Of a stretch of DNA of 64,000 nucleotides, positions 1-10,262 are shown one piece after another (position 1 is the stretch's first letter; each line of letters begins with the position of its first letter). The stretch covers positions 13,494 through 77,493 of the forward strand of contig CASFFG010000003.1 in assembly GCA_949293905.1 (NCBI GenBank), written 5' to 3'. The notes beneath the pieces are model-generated. The model saw only the letters and a program-made list of their open reading frames with translations, did no database searches and was not told where the DNA came from. The stretch is from an uncultured Christensenella sp. Lineage in GTDB: Bacteria > Bacillota > Clostridia > Christensenellales > UBA1242. The position numbers and the translations under genes are program-made.

Positions 1-309
1 TCGCACATAACCTATTGCATCTAACGGATTATTAGGGTGCTGTGGAGATACGCCGACTCTGTCGCCAACCTTTAAACTCTTAACCTTTTTCCCGACTTTA
101 GAAACGACTCCCGCGCACTCATGCCCGAAAATCACTGGAGCAGCGGTAATTAAATTCATCCATGATGGGTCTTCAAGCGCAGATACGTCCGAATGACATA
201 ACCCTGCTGCCTTCACATCAATGACCACTTCATCATCTTTCGGCTTTGGGTCTTCTTTTTCAACTAATTTTGGGGCAACCCCTGTTTTTGTAAATAACCA
301 ACCTTTCAT
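1..309 (-). CDS. Zn-dependent alcohol dehydrogenase (MDR family), N-terminal part; the gene runs off the left edge
   Basis: My minus-strand translation from ATG at 307-309 is MKGWLFTKTGVAPKLVEKEDPKPKDDEVVIDVKAAGLCHSDVSALEDPSWMNLITAAPVIFGHECAGVVSKVGKKVKSLKVGDRVGV... It carries the GLCHSD, GHE and GDRV motifs typical of MDR dehydrogenases. A GAGGTG SD lies upstream. Confidence 0.75.
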   Translation of the reverse strand, partial: MKGWLFTKTGVAPKLVEKEDPKPKDDEVVIDVKAAGLCHSDVSALEDPSWMNLITAAPVIFGHECAGVVSKVGKKVKSLKVGDRVGVSPQHPNNPLDAIGYVR

Positions 310-442
310 ATTTCACCTCGATTTTATCTTATGCAAAATAGCAGAATTTATAGGCACCAATTTTTTGCAACTAAATTAATTTTAATAAAATTTAATTTAA
401 AGGTCAAATAAAAACTGCGGATAAACAATATATTTTAAATCT

Positions 443-472
443 TTGCACCAAATTTTAAATTTTGCGTACTAT
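443..472 (+). promoter_or_regulatory. Possible sigma-A promoter for the Cys-rich microprotein gene
   Basis: TTGCAC (443-448), 18 nt spacer, TACTAT (467-472). Confidence 0.35.
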
Positions 473-556
473 GTATTATACAAAGGATATTTTTGGTACC
501 GAAGAAAAAGACTTTTGTAGTACATATCGAATTTTTAAAATACTTATGGAGGAATT

Positions 557-751
557 ATGTTTAATAAATTCTTTGGAGGAAACGACTGCGGTTGCGGTAA
601 TGACTGCGGTTGCGGTTGTGACTGCACTTGGATTATAATTTTAATCTTAATCTTATGCAACTGTGGTTGTAAGGTTGACCCTTGCTTGCTTATAATAATC
701 TTATTAATCTTATGCAACTGTGGTGGAAAGAAAAACGACTGTGGTTGCTAA
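557..751 (+). CDS. Cys/Gly-rich 64 aa microprotein with two Ile/Leu-only segments
   Basis: GGAGG SD at 548-552, 4 nt before the ATG. A terminator lies about 50 nt downstream. 14 of 64 residues are Cys. The gene contains internal DNA repeats (584-598/602-616 and 649-667/706-724). Confidence 0.6.
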   Translation: MFNKFFGGNDCGCGNDCGCGCDCTWIIILILILCNCGCKVDPCLLIIILLILCNCGGKKNDCGC

Positions 752-800
752 CTTCTAGGTCAAATCTAGAAAAAGTGGTTTAATTATGTATAATGATGAA

Positions 801-824
801 AGAAGGGAGTTATCCCTTCTTTTT
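801..824 (+). terminator. Rho-independent terminator
   Basis: Stem agaaggga (801-808) pairs with tcccttct (813-820), loop gtta, then TTTT. Confidence 0.75.
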
Positions 825-900
825 ATCGATTTTTGTAACTAAGATATTGAAAATTTATAAAAAATCAACTTAGAATGTCGAAATTAGTAAAATTTGGGTA

Positions 901-929
901 TTGACAACTTGGGATTGTGGTGTTAAACT
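901..929 (+). promoter_or_regulatory. Sigma-A promoter
   Basis: TTGACA (901-906), 17 nt spacer, extended TGt-TAAACT (921-929). Confidence 0.7.
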
Positions 930-949
930 ATAAAAAACTAGGAGAGGGT

Positions 950-1624
950 ATGGAAGAAGTCCTTTATGATACGCTTTTAGCAGAAATAAGTTGGCGCGAA
1001 CTCGTAAACGACACTGAAAAGCAGAAAAATAGTTCTTTTATAAAACGCATTTTTTTAGGCTTTATGAACGCACGAAAAAATAATTTAAATATGGAAAACT
1101 TAGATATAATTTCTAGTGAAGTGGATAATATTATAAGAGGTGGAGTGCTAGATTTAAACGAGTTAAGGGCAGAAACATTAAAAATGGCGGACTTCTCTAA
1201 AAAGATTTCACTTAATGATAACGAGGCTGTAACTTTGACATATATAAATATGGCAGTGGAGCACTATCTTAACTATTTGTTTTATTGCAAAGAAAATACG
1301 AATGAAGATGAGTTTACAAATATTGAATTGATTGTTAAGAATAGAATAAATTTTCTCTTAGGGGTATTGAATATTTTAATTGTTGACCACATTGCGACCG
1401 TTGGTGGAGAGGCAGTCGTTAGATTTGATAAGGAAGGCAGACGAGTTTTAGAGGTGGGCAATCTTAGTCCGTTTAACGAAGTTGAGTCAGCGATGAAAGT
1501 GAATAACAATAATATATGCGATATTGCTGATTCGTTAGAATACGGATTAGATTTAGAACAGGTTAAAAATAATTTTAACGCTCAATCAATGGTGGAGCAG
1601 ACAAATGAAGGATTTAGATTATAA
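950..1624 (+). CDS. Hypothetical protein; first of a tandem paralogous pair
   Basis: ORF-track frame 917..1624. I place the start at ATG 950 because the GGAGAGGG SD is at 941-948 and the predicted TSS (about 936) lies downstream of GTG 917. No motif I recognise. Confidence 0.6.
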   Translation: MEEVLYDTLLAEISWRELVNDTEKQKNSSFIKRIFLGFMNARKNNLNMENLDIISSEVDNIIRGGVLDLNELRAETLKMADFSKKISLNDNEAVTLTYINMAVEHYLNYLFYCKENTNEDEFTNIELIVKNRINFLLGVLNILIVDHIATVGGEAVVRFDKEGRRVLEVGNLSPFNEVESAMKVNNNNICDIADSLEYGLDLEQVKNNFNAQSMVEQTNEGFRL

Positions 1625-2272
1625 ATGAAGGGTATAGGACTCACGATAAAAGATTTAAAACATTTTGATTGGCGTTATGCGGAAGACGATGATTCCAATT
1701 ATATGCGCATTATAAAATCAAATTTAAAGGTTATTAGGAAAGATATCAATCGCTTTGGAGCGGAATTGCTCGGTGGAGCGGTGGCGGGGCAGTTGGTAGA
1801 TGAAGAATTGGATATCAAAGACTATTTTTCGCTCATGGGCTTTGATAATATATTTGCCAACAATATGTCTATTTATAACCGGTATATAAAGGCGTACACA
1901 TATTTTCTAGTCCAGCAAAAAGATGTTGTCTATTACCCGTATACTCAACGCTTAGTGCTTGAAAGACTTAGATTTTTGCGCGATTTAGAAATGGTAGAAA
2001 TCTATAATTTTCTTAGCATGGGAGAAGGGAAACTTGAAATTTATACTAACGAGCACGAACGCATAACTAGAATAGAGATGGAATCAAAAAATGATGAACT
2101 AATAGATGTAATTTTAACAAATATGGATATGGTGGACGACCTTCTTCTTGCAATCGAGAGCGGAAACGAGCAAGAAATAAGTTCAAAATTGCTTAAATTT
2201 ACCCCTGGCGAAATCAAAAAAACCGTTGGTATATATAAATTTGCGGAAGATGATCCGTTCGGTGATTTATAA
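1625..2272 (+). CDS. Hypothetical protein; second of the tandem pair
   Basis: 215 aa ORF. Its ATG directly abuts the upstream stop (TAAATG at 1622-1627). Its size and helical-then-beta layout resemble the upstream gene. The C-terminus is acidic: FAEDDPFGDL. Confidence 0.6.
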   Translation: MKGIGLTIKDLKHFDWRYAEDDDSNYMRIIKSNLKVIRKDINRFGAELLGGAVAGQLVDEELDIKDYFSLMGFDNIFANNMSIYNRYIKAYTYFLVQQKDVVYYPYTQRLVLERLRFLRDLEMVEIYNFLSMGEGKLEIYTNEHERITRIEMESKNDELIDVILTNMDMVDDLLLAIESGNEQEISSKLLKFTPGEIKKTVGIYKFAEDDPFGDL

Positions 2273-2323
2273 AAATTTGTCTAAAAAATGTGAAATTTTA
2301 GTAAAAAATCTAGTTGAAATCTA

Positions 2324-2352
2324 TTGACATAACTAGAAAATTGTGATAGAAT
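2324..2352 (+). promoter_or_regulatory. Sigma-A promoter of rpoBC
   Basis: TTGACA (2324-2329), 17 nt spacer, TGa-TAGAAT (2344-2352). This leaves a roughly 95 nt leader. Confidence 0.7.
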
Positions 2353-2446
2353 ACCCTAGTATGAATAATTGTCGCTAGAAGAAATAAATAGTTTTATACT
2401 ATAAGTATAAATTGTCGCGGCAACTACAACTGAATAAGGAGTTAGA

Positions 2447-5400
2447 ATGAATTCAAATACACTCAATATCAAAAAGGTTAAAAGTGGCAAAGCAGAGCGA
2501 ATTAGTTTTGCTAAAACCGAAGTTCCTTATGTTATGCCTGACCTGCTCAGCATCGCTAAGGAGTCGTACGAACATTTCCTAAATGAAGGTATTGGCGAGG
2601 TTTTGAACGAATATAACCCAATCATAGATTACTCAAATAAGGCTGAGTTATCTTTTTTAGGTTATACTATCGACAGAACACCAAACTATTCATGGGCAGA
2701 ATGTAAAGTTAAGCAGAAGAGTTATACTGTTCCGCTTAAAGTAAATGTGCGCTTGCTCGTTAAGGAAACTGGTCAAATCATGGACCAAGAAGTTTTCATG
2801 GGCGATATTCCGTATATGTCTAAGGACGGCGGATTTATTTGCAACGGAGTAGAGCGTGTAGTTTTAAACCAGTTAGTTAAAGCGCCAGGAGCAATTTTCG
2901 GCCAAACGCTTAACAAATATGGCTTTATGGACTACGATGGAGCACTTCAACCTAGTTATGGTATGTGGGTGCAGACCGAGCAAGTAAACGGCGAGACTTT
3001 GCGTGTCATTGCGGATAGAAGATACAAGATGAGTTTAGGCGTGTTCCTAAAATGTTTTGGTTACACTAACGAAGAACTTTTGGAAATATTTAATCATCAC
3101 CCTTATATCGTTAAGACACTTGAGAAAGAACCACAAAATACTCAAGAAGACGCGCTAATCGAATTTGGTCGCCGTACTCGTCCGGGAGAAATTCCTAATC
3201 CTGAGAACACTTTGTCGTACATTAACGATAGATTTTTCAATCAACAACATTATAATCTTGAAAAAGTCGGTCGTTTTAAATTAAATAAGAAATTATCGCT
3301 TGCTAATCGTATTACTGACCAAATCGCTGGTGCTGATGTTAAACTTGGCAAGAAAGTGTATGTGACTAAAGGCGAATTAATTGATTCTACTACTGCATGG
3401 AATATTCAAAATGCGGGCATTAACTCGGTTGATATCCTAGTTGACGATAAACTCGTTAGAGTTGTAGGAAATAAGCGTGTTGACCTTAAAGCATACGCTA
3501 AAATCAACCCAGAAGAGTGCGGAATTACCGAACTTGTGTACCTTCCTATGTTACAAGAAATGATGAAAGCATACAAAGATGACCCTGAAATGCTTAAATC
3601 ACAAATTAAGGCTAATGCACATAAGTTGGAAGATTTCCAAGTAACCCTAGACGACTTCATTGCGTTGGTTAGTTATCACCTTAATTTAATTGACGGTATT
3701 GGCGAAACTGACGAAATTGATAACCTTTCTATGCGTCGTGTTGCAACTAGTGGTGAACTACTTAGAGATGAATTCCGTCGCGGTATGGCTAAACTTCAAA
3801 CTCAGGTTAGAGAAGCGTTACAGAGTAGGGATTTAACAGATGTTACTCCTAGTCAAATAGTGAACGCAAGGTATATTAATAAAGTATTTAAAGACTTTAT
3901 GGCAACCAGTCAGTTGGTATCATTAATGGACCAAACTAACCCTGCTGCAAGTCTAAGAAATAAAAGACGTCTATCGTCCACTGGTCCGGGAGGAGTTAAG
4001 CGTGAGCGTGCAACAGCCGAAGTGCGTGATATTAACCCATCTCACTACGGGCGTATATGTGTCGTTGAGACCCCAGAAGGACAACCTATTGGACTTATGA
4101 CATCTATCGCTGCTTACGCGCGTGTTAATAGGTATGGATTTATTGAAACACCTTATAGACGCGTTGACCCTAAGACTAAGAAAGTTATGGACGAGCCTGT
4201 CTTCTTAATGGCAGACGAAGAGCGCGGACATTTCATCGCGCAAGCATCAATTCCGCTCAATGAAGATAAGACAATTAAGGAAGGATATGTAGACTGCCGA
4301 CACAATGGACAACCTGAGCATGTTGATTCTAGCATGATTGACTTAGTCGATTTAAGCCCTAGACAAGAACTTAGCGTGGGCGCTGGACTTATTCCATTTG
4401 TTGAATACTGTGCTGCTAACCGTGCGCTAATGGGTACTAACATGCAATGTCAGTCCGTACAACTTTTAAGACAAGAAAGCCCAATCGTAGGAACTGGACT
4501 TGAACATAGAATTGCCGCAGACTCAGGCGCATTGATTCTTGCCGAGCAGGACGGTATTTGTAGATATGTATCTGCTGACTATATTACTATGGAATACGCA
4601 GACGGAAGTATAGTAAATCATAAATTAAGGAAATTTGAACGCACGAACGAAAAAGCATGCTTTAACCAAAAACCACTTGTAAAGAAGGGTGAAAAGGTTA
4701 AGCGTGGAGATGTTCTAGCGGACGGAGATACTGAGAAGGGAGAACTTGCACTAGGAAAGAATGTAACAGTTGCATTTATGAACTGGGAAGGTTATAACTT
4801 CGAAGACGCTATACTTGTAAATGAGAGATTGGTGCGTGACGACGCGTTTACTTCTATCTGTATTCAGCAAGTTAAGGTTGAAGCACGTACAACTAAACTC
4901 GGTGATGAAGAAATTACTCGTGATATCGCAGGAGTTGGTGAAGATGCACTTAGAAATCTAGATGAAGATGGTATCGTTAGAATCGGTACTGAAGTTAAGG
5001 TAGGAGATATCCTAGTAGGAAAAGTTACTCCAAAGGGAGAAACTGACTTAACTCCGGAAGAAAGATTACTTAAAGCCATTTTCGGTGAGAAGACTAAAGA
5101 TGTTAAGAACACAAGCCTTAAAGTTAAACACGGCGAAGAGGGCGTTGTTGTTGGCGTTGAAATTCTTTCTAGAAAGAATAAGGACGAACTTGATGCTGGC
5201 GTTAACATGTGCGTTAAGATTTATATCGCACAAAAGCGTATTCTTCAAGTGGGAGATAAACTTGCTGGTCGTTACGGAAACAAGGGCGTTATCTCGGTAG
5301 TATTACCAGAGAGCGATATGCCTTATATGGCAAACGGACAGACTGTGGATATAGTACTTAATCCACTAGGTGTACCTTCTCGTATGAACTTAGGGCAGTT

Positions 5401-6118
5401 GATGGAAATGCACTTAGGCTGGGCTGCTAAACAACTCGATTGGAAGATAATTACCCCTGCCTTTGATGGTGCAACTAAGGAAGAAATCCGTGAAATATTG
5501 AAAGCAAATAACCTTCCAGAAGACGGAAAAATGCAATTATATGACGGACGTACAGGTTTACCATTTGAAAATAGAACTACTGTCGGCGTGATGTATATGT
5601 TAAAACTTATCCACATGGTTGATGATAAGATTCACGCACGTGGTATCGGCACTTATGCACTTATCACTCAACAGCCACTCGGTGGACGTAATCAACTCGG
5701 TGGTCAGCGTTTCGGTGAAATGGAAGTGTGGGCGCTTGAAGCATATGGTGCATCTAGATTGCTTCAAGAGATGTTGACGATTAAATCGGACGATGTCGAA
5801 GGTCGTATTAAGACCTATGAAGCAATAGTGAAAGGCGAACCTATTCCAGAACCTGGTATGCCAGAATCATTTAAAGTTTTAGTGAAGGAAATGCAAGGAT
5901 TGTGCCTAGATGTGAAGATTCTCACGGCAGATAATCATGAACTTTCAATTAACGAAGTTAGTGAAGAAGGAGAAGAGATACCTAAGGTTGAACCTGTTAA
6001 TAAACAGTCGCTTGAAGATGTTACTCTTGCATTTGACGATATTCAAGCCGACTTTGAAAACGATATTAACAATACCGCATTTGATGATAGTGATTTATTC
6101 GACGATTTAGACGAATAA
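2447..6118 (+). CDS. rpoB: DNA-directed RNA polymerase subunit beta
   Basis: 1223 aa. Hallmark segments are present, including RFGEMEVWALEAYGA and NRALMGTNMQCQ. AAGGAG SD. Confidence 0.98.
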   Translation: MNSNTLNIKKVKSGKAERISFAKTEVPYVMPDLLSIAKESYEHFLNEGIGEVLNEYNPIIDYSNKAELSFLGYTIDRTPNYSWAECKVKQKSYTVPLKVNVRLLVKETGQIMDQEVFMGDIPYMSKDGGFICNGVERVVLNQLVKAPGAIFGQTLNKYGFMDYDGALQPSYGMWVQTEQVNGETLRVIADRRYKMSLGVFLKCFGYTNEELLEIFNHHPYIVKTLEKEPQNTQEDALIEFGRRTRPGEIPNPENTLSYINDRFFNQQHYNLEKVGRFKLNKKLSLANRITDQIAGADVKLGKKVYVTKGELIDSTTAWNIQNAGINSVDILVDDKLVRVVGNKRVDLKAYAKINPEECGITELVYLPMLQEMMKAYKDDPEMLKSQIKANAHKLEDFQVTLDDFIALVSYHLNLIDGIGETDEIDNLSMRRVATSGELLRDEFRRGMAKLQTQVREALQSRDLTDVTPSQIVNARYINKVFKDFMATSQLVSLMDQTNPAASLRNKRRLSSTGPGGVKRERATAEVRDINPSHYGRICVVETPEGQPIGLMTSIAAYARVNRYGFIETPYRRVDPKTKKVMDEPVFLMADEERGHFIAQASIPLNEDKTIKEGYVDCRHNGQPEHVDSSMIDLVDLSPRQELSVGAGLIPFVEYCAANRALMGTNMQCQSVQLLRQESPIVGTGLEHRIAADSGALILAEQDGICRYVSADYITMEYADGSIVNHKLRKFERTNEKACFNQKPLVKKGEKVKRGDVLADGDTEKGELALGKNVTVAFMNWEGYNFEDAILVNERLVRDDAFTSICIQQVKVEARTTKLGDEEITRDIAGVGEDALRNLDEDGIVRIGTEVKVGDILVGKVTPKGETDLTPEERLLKAIFGEKTKDVKNTSLKVKHGEEGVVVGVEILSRKNKDELDAGVNMCVKIYIAQKRILQVGDKLAGRYGNKGVISVVLPESDMPYMANGQTVDIVLNPLGVPSRMNLGQLMEMHLGWAAKQLDWKIITPAFDGATKEEIREILKANNLPEDGKMQLYDGRTGLPFENRTTVGVMYMLKLIHMVDDKIHARGIGTYALITQQPLGGRNQLGGQRFGEMEVWALEAYGASRLLQEMLTIKSDDVEGRIKTYEAIVKGEPIPEPGMPESFKVLVKEMQGLCLDVKILTADNHELSINEVSEEGEEIPKVEPVNKQSLEDVTLAFDDIQADFENDINNTAFDDSDLFDDLDE

Positions 6119-6141
6119 TAGTGATTTAGGAGAAAATTTAT

Positions 6142-9100
6142 ATGTTTGAATTAAACAATTTTGACTCAATACGCGTAGGAATTGCTTCCCCTGAGATGAT
6201 ACGCTCATGGTCGCGTGGAGAAGTTACTAAGCCCGAAACAATAAATTATCGTACGCAAAAACCGGAGAAAGACGGTCTATTTTGCGAACGAATTTTTGGG
6301 CCGAAAAAGGACTGGGAATGCCACTGCGGAAAGTATAAACGCGTTAGATATAAAGGTGTAATTTGCGACAAATGTGGTGTTGAAGTTACTCGTAGCAAGG
6401 TTAGACGTGAGCGTATGGGACATATCGAACTTGCATGCCCTGTCAGCCATATTTGGTTCTTTAAGGGTGTGCCTAGTCGTATCGGCTTAGTGCTTGATAT
6501 GTCACCAAAACTCTTAGACGAAGTACTATACTATGTTAGTTATGTTGTACTTGACCCTAAAAATACTGAATTTACTTATAAGCAAGTTATTCGCGATAGA
6601 GAATATCGTGAAGCACTTGAAAAATACGGTCCAAACGGCTTCCGCGTTGGTATGGGTGCAGAGGCAGTTAAAGAACTTCTTGAAAATATTGATGTTGAGA
6701 AAGAGTGCGAAGAGTTAACTAATATTATGCGCACTTCAAAAGGTCAAAAGAAGTTAAAAGCAACCAAAAGACTTGAGGTTATGGACGCATTCGTTAAGAG
6801 TGGAAATAAACCAAGTTGGATGATACTAGATGTCATTCCAGTTATTCCACCAGATTTACGCCCACTCGTTCAAATTGACGGCGGAAAGTTTGCTGCAAGT
6901 GACTTAAACGACTTATATCGTCGTGTAATTAATAGAAATAATCGACTTAAAAAACTTATGGAACTCGGCGCACCTGAAATCATCGTGCGTAACGAAAAGC
7001 GTATGCTACAAGAAGCAGTAGACGCACTATTTGATAATGGTAAACGCGGTAGAGCGGTTCAAGGTAGTAGACAGAGAGACTTAAAGTCACTCACTGCTTC
7101 CTTAAAGGGTAAACATGGTCGCTTCCGTCAAAACTTACTTGGTAAGCGTGTTGACTACTCAGGTCGTTCGGTTATCGTGGTTGGTCCAGAACTTAAAATT
7201 TACCAGTGCGGACTTCCTAAGACCATGGCACTTGAATTATTTAGACCATTTATCATTAGGCGCCTGCTTGAAATGAACGCTACTAACAATTTAAAGAAAG
7301 CAACTCGTATGATAGAGCAAGAGCGTCCTATAGTGTACGATATACTAGAAGAAGTGGTGCAAGGTCACCCAGTATTGCTAAACCGTGCGCCAACACTTCA
7401 CAAATTGTCAGTTCAGGCGTTTGAACCTATTCTAGTTGAAGGAAAGGCTATTCGTCTACCACCGCTTGCATGTTCGGGATTTAACGCGGACTTCGACGGT
7501 GACCAGATGAGTGTACATGTACCTTTAAGTGTGGAAGCGCGTACAGAAGCGAGAATGTTACTTCTTGCGTCTAATAATGTATTAAAGCCAAGTGATGGTA
7601 GTCCAAATATGGTTCCAAGTCAGGACATGATTTTAGGTAACTACTATCTTACAGTTGTTCGTCCAGGTGCTAAGGGAGAAGGTGTGACCTTCGCTAGCCC
7701 AGAAGAAGCAATGCTCGCTTATGATAATGGTGAGTTGAGTTTGCAAGCACAAATCAACCTTAGAAGAACGGTTGAATTTAATGGCGAACCTTTGACGGGA
7801 AGAATTAAAACAACTCTCGGTAAAATCATATTTAATAGTATAATTCCGCAAGATTTAGGCTTTGTGGATAGAACGAACAAAGAGCACGCCCTTGATTTTG
7901 AAATTTCTGGCGAAGTCAAGAAAGGAACATATGGTAGCCTAATTCAAAAATGTTATCGTAAGCACGGAACAAATACAACCGTTACCATGATAGATAACAT
8001 TAAGAACATGGGTTACAAATATAGTACTTTGGCGAGCGTTTCATTCTCAATTTTCGATATTACGGAAGCAAAAGAGCGTGATAAGTTCGTTGATGAAGCG
8101 AGTGCGGTTGCTAAACAAAATGATGATTTGTATTTACAAGGTTTATTAACTGATAGTGATAGAAAAGCAAAGAACATTGAACTTTGGGATAAAGTATCTA
8201 ATGACCTAGTAGATTTAACATCTAAGGAAATCGATGACTTTAATCCACTAAAAATAATCTTAACTTCAGGTGCCCGTGGTTCTATTGGACAATTAAAGCA
8301 ACTTGCTGGTATGATGGGTAACATGGACGCTATCGGCGGAATTTCAAATATTCCAGTTAAATCGAATTATAGCCGTGGTCTATCCGCGCTTGAATATTAT
8401 AGTGCTGCGCGTGGTAGCCGTAAACAACTTATGGATACCGCATTAAAGACAGCAGACTCGGGTTATCTAACTCGTAGACTTGTTGATATAGCACAAGATA
8501 CAGTAGTAACTGAAGAAGATTGCTTTGCCAACAATAATGAATCGGTAAAGGGTATGGAAGTTACCGCGATTGTGCAGAACGGCACTGAGGTTGAATCATT
8601 ACAAAACCGTATCGCAGGACGCTACACTTCTGCACCTGTCGTTCACCCTAAGACTAAGAAAGTGATTGTGCCAGAAGATACATTTATTACTGACGATTTA
8701 GCAAAAGAAATAGTAGATGCAGGAATTGAAAAAGTTCAAATTAGAAGTCTGCTTACATGTAAGGCAAAATCGGGTGTATGTGCTAAATGTTACGGACGTG
8801 ACATGTCAACTAACGATATCGTGCATGTCGGTGAAGCAGTCGGCGTAATCGCTGCTCAATCTATTGGTGAGCCAGGTACACAGTTAGTCCTTAGAACATT
8901 CCACAGCGGTGGTACTGCATCGGACGATATAACAACCGGTCTACCTCGTGTTGAAGAAATATTTGAAGCGCGTAACCCTAAGGGTGCAGCAGTCGTTTGC
9001 GAAATTGGTGGTAAAGTTTCTATTAACCAAATCGATAAGCGTTTCGAAGTAGTAGTTAAGGGTAATACAGAAGAGAGTTATATCCTTCCTTACGGTTCAA

Positions 9101-9708
9101 CTATTAAGGTTAAGGCGGGAGATGTTGTAACACCAGGTACTGCATTAACCGAAGGACCGTTAAATCCACGCGATGTATTGCGTACTCGCGGTGTGAAGGC
9201 AGTTCAAGAATATCTATTAAACGAAGTCCTTGAAGTTTATAAATCTCAAAATGTTTCGATTAATGCTAAGCACCTAGAAGTTATAATTCGTCAAATGCTT
9301 CGTAAGGTTAAGATTGAGAACTCTGGCGATACTGACTTGCTTCCAGGGGACATAGTGGATATCAAGAAATATGAAGAAGCGAACTTGAAAGCACTTCAAG
9401 AAGGTGGTGTTCCTGCTAGCGCTAAGCGTGAATTACAGGGTATTACCCGTGCATCGCTTACGACAGAAAGTTTCTTATCTGCTGCGTCGTTCCAAGAGTC
9501 GAGCAATGTATTGACAGAAGCAGCGCTTAAAGGTAAGGTTGACCACTTGACCGGACTTAAGGAAAATATCATCATCGGTAAGATGATACCAGCAGGTACA
9601 GGTGCACCAATCTATCGTAACATTCTCCCTAAACAGGTTAAAGACGATGGAATGGGCCTTGGCGGTAATGATATTGATATTAAGTTTAAGGATATCGAAG
9701 AAGAGTAA
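6142..9708 (+). CDS. rpoC: DNA-directed RNA polymerase subunit beta'
   Basis: 1188 aa. Catalytic NADFDGDQM motif and N-terminal Zn-ribbon CHCGKY...CDKCGVEV. Starts 23 nt after rpoB. Confidence 0.98.
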   Translation: MFELNNFDSIRVGIASPEMIRSWSRGEVTKPETINYRTQKPEKDGLFCERIFGPKKDWECHCGKYKRVRYKGVICDKCGVEVTRSKVRRERMGHIELACPVSHIWFFKGVPSRIGLVLDMSPKLLDEVLYYVSYVVLDPKNTEFTYKQVIRDREYREALEKYGPNGFRVGMGAEAVKELLENIDVEKECEELTNIMRTSKGQKKLKATKRLEVMDAFVKSGNKPSWMILDVIPVIPPDLRPLVQIDGGKFAASDLNDLYRRVINRNNRLKKLMELGAPEIIVRNEKRMLQEAVDALFDNGKRGRAVQGSRQRDLKSLTASLKGKHGRFRQNLLGKRVDYSGRSVIVVGPELKIYQCGLPKTMALELFRPFIIRRLLEMNATNNLKKATRMIEQERPIVYDILEEVVQGHPVLLNRAPTLHKLSVQAFEPILVEGKAIRLPPLACSGFNADFDGDQMSVHVPLSVEARTEARMLLLASNNVLKPSDGSPNMVPSQDMILGNYYLTVVRPGAKGEGVTFASPEEAMLAYDNGELSLQAQINLRRTVEFNGEPLTGRIKTTLGKIIFNSIIPQDLGFVDRTNKEHALDFEISGEVKKGTYGSLIQKCYRKHGTNTTVTMIDNIKNMGYKYSTLASVSFSIFDITEAKERDKFVDEASAVAKQNDDLYLQGLLTDSDRKAKNIELWDKVSNDLVDLTSKEIDDFNPLKIILTSGARGSIGQLKQLAGMMGNMDAIGGISNIPVKSNYSRGLSALEYYSAARGSRKQLMDTALKTADSGYLTRRLVDIAQDTVVTEEDCFANNNESVKGMEVTAIVQNGTEVESLQNRIAGRYTSAPVVHPKTKKVIVPEDTFITDDLAKEIVDAGIEKVQIRSLLTCKAKSGVCAKCYGRDMSTNDIVHVGEAVGVIAAQSIGEPGTQLVLRTFHSGGTASDDITTGLPRVEEIFEARNPKGAAVVCEIGGKVSINQIDKRFEVVVKGNTEESYILPYGSTIKVKAGDVVTPGTALTEGPLNPRDVLRTRGVKAVQEYLLNEVLEVYKSQNVSINAKHLEVIIRQMLRKVKIENSGDTDLLPGDIVDIKKYEEANLKALQEGGVPASAKRELQGITRASLTTESFLSAASFQESSNVLTEAALKGKVDHLTGLKENIIIGKMIPAGTGAPIYRNILPKQVKDDGMGLGGNDIDIKFKDIEEE

Positions 9709-9775
9709 ACGGGTCATTAGTTACTGACTATGTGCTCGTCTGTATTCAACTATTTTGAAATTAAAATAATAAAAA

Positions 9776-9817
9776 AAGGAGTGAATGTGATTAACTACAT
9801 TTGCTCCTTGTTTTTTA
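9776..9817 (+). terminator. Rho-independent terminator of rpoBC
   Basis: 13 bp stem aaggagtgaatgt / acatttgctcctt with two G-U pairs, 8 nt loop, T-run at 9808-9816. Confidence 0.85.
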
Positions 9818-10206
9818 TAATTCTTTTTATTATAATTACTCGTAATAATGTTTTATTAAATAACTAATTATAAAATTTTTAACAAAAATGTTTCAAACAG
9901 TCAATTAGAAAAATGAATTTAAAAGTTTGGTTTCAAATAAAAATAGCAGAAATTTATCCACAATAGAATTTATTATATCACATGATTTCATTAATTAAAA
10001 ACAATTTTAACTATTTTATCTAATTTTAAATAAAAATTTTGAAAAAATAATAAAAATTCTAAAATAATTACAAAAATACATTAAAAAAATTAAAATTTTT
10101 TAAAAATAATCTGCATTAAAATTGTTCCACAGAAAATCACAAAAAACACCTATTTTATAGTATATTTTCGAATTTTAAAAATATTAAAAAAATATTTAAA
10201 AAACTA

Positions 10207-10235
10207 TTTACAAATTAATATTTTTGTGGTATTAT
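10207..10235 (+). promoter_or_regulatory. Sigma-A promoter
   Basis: TTTACA (10207-10212), 17 nt spacer, TGg-TATTAT (10227-10235). Confidence 0.7.
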
Positions 10236-10262
10236 ATAGACATATTTAAAGGAGGCTAATTT

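Noticed and set aside
334-352. The 12-mer aaaatagcagaa plus tttat is shared between 334-352 and 9943-9960. I considered it a possible dispersed regulatory motif.
   Set aside because: A 12-nt match in 64 kb of AT-rich DNA is expected by chance, and I found no third copy or supporting context.
917-949. GTG 917 start for the first unknown gene, as given in the ORF track.
   Set aside because: It lies inside the promoter (-10 at 924-929), upstream of the predicted TSS. ATG 950 has a GGAGAGGG SD.
3406-9717. About eleven 60-115 aa ORFs inside rpoB/rpoC, antisense or in an alternative frame (for example 3406..3660, 4864..5208, 5085..5300, 8013..8324, 9475..9717).
   Set aside because: They are fully embedded in highly conserved coding sequence. 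They have Ser/Leu-rich low-complexity translations and no SD or promoter, so they are typical shadow ORFs. The same applies to shadow ORFs inside uvrB, pepF, uvrA, the flippase gene, valS, tig, clpX and the large surface genes.
9830-10200. AT-rich stretches full of aaaatttttaaaaa-type words that at first looked like a minisatellite or CRISPR-like array. Similar stretches occur at 11730-11990, 26016-26160, 27257-27420, 36130-36440, 40664-40930 and 63208-63420.
   Set aside because: There is no fixed-length repeat unit and there are no unique spacers, only degenerate low-complexity A/T tracts. The likely explanation is curved or UP-like intergenic DNA of an AT-rich genome.
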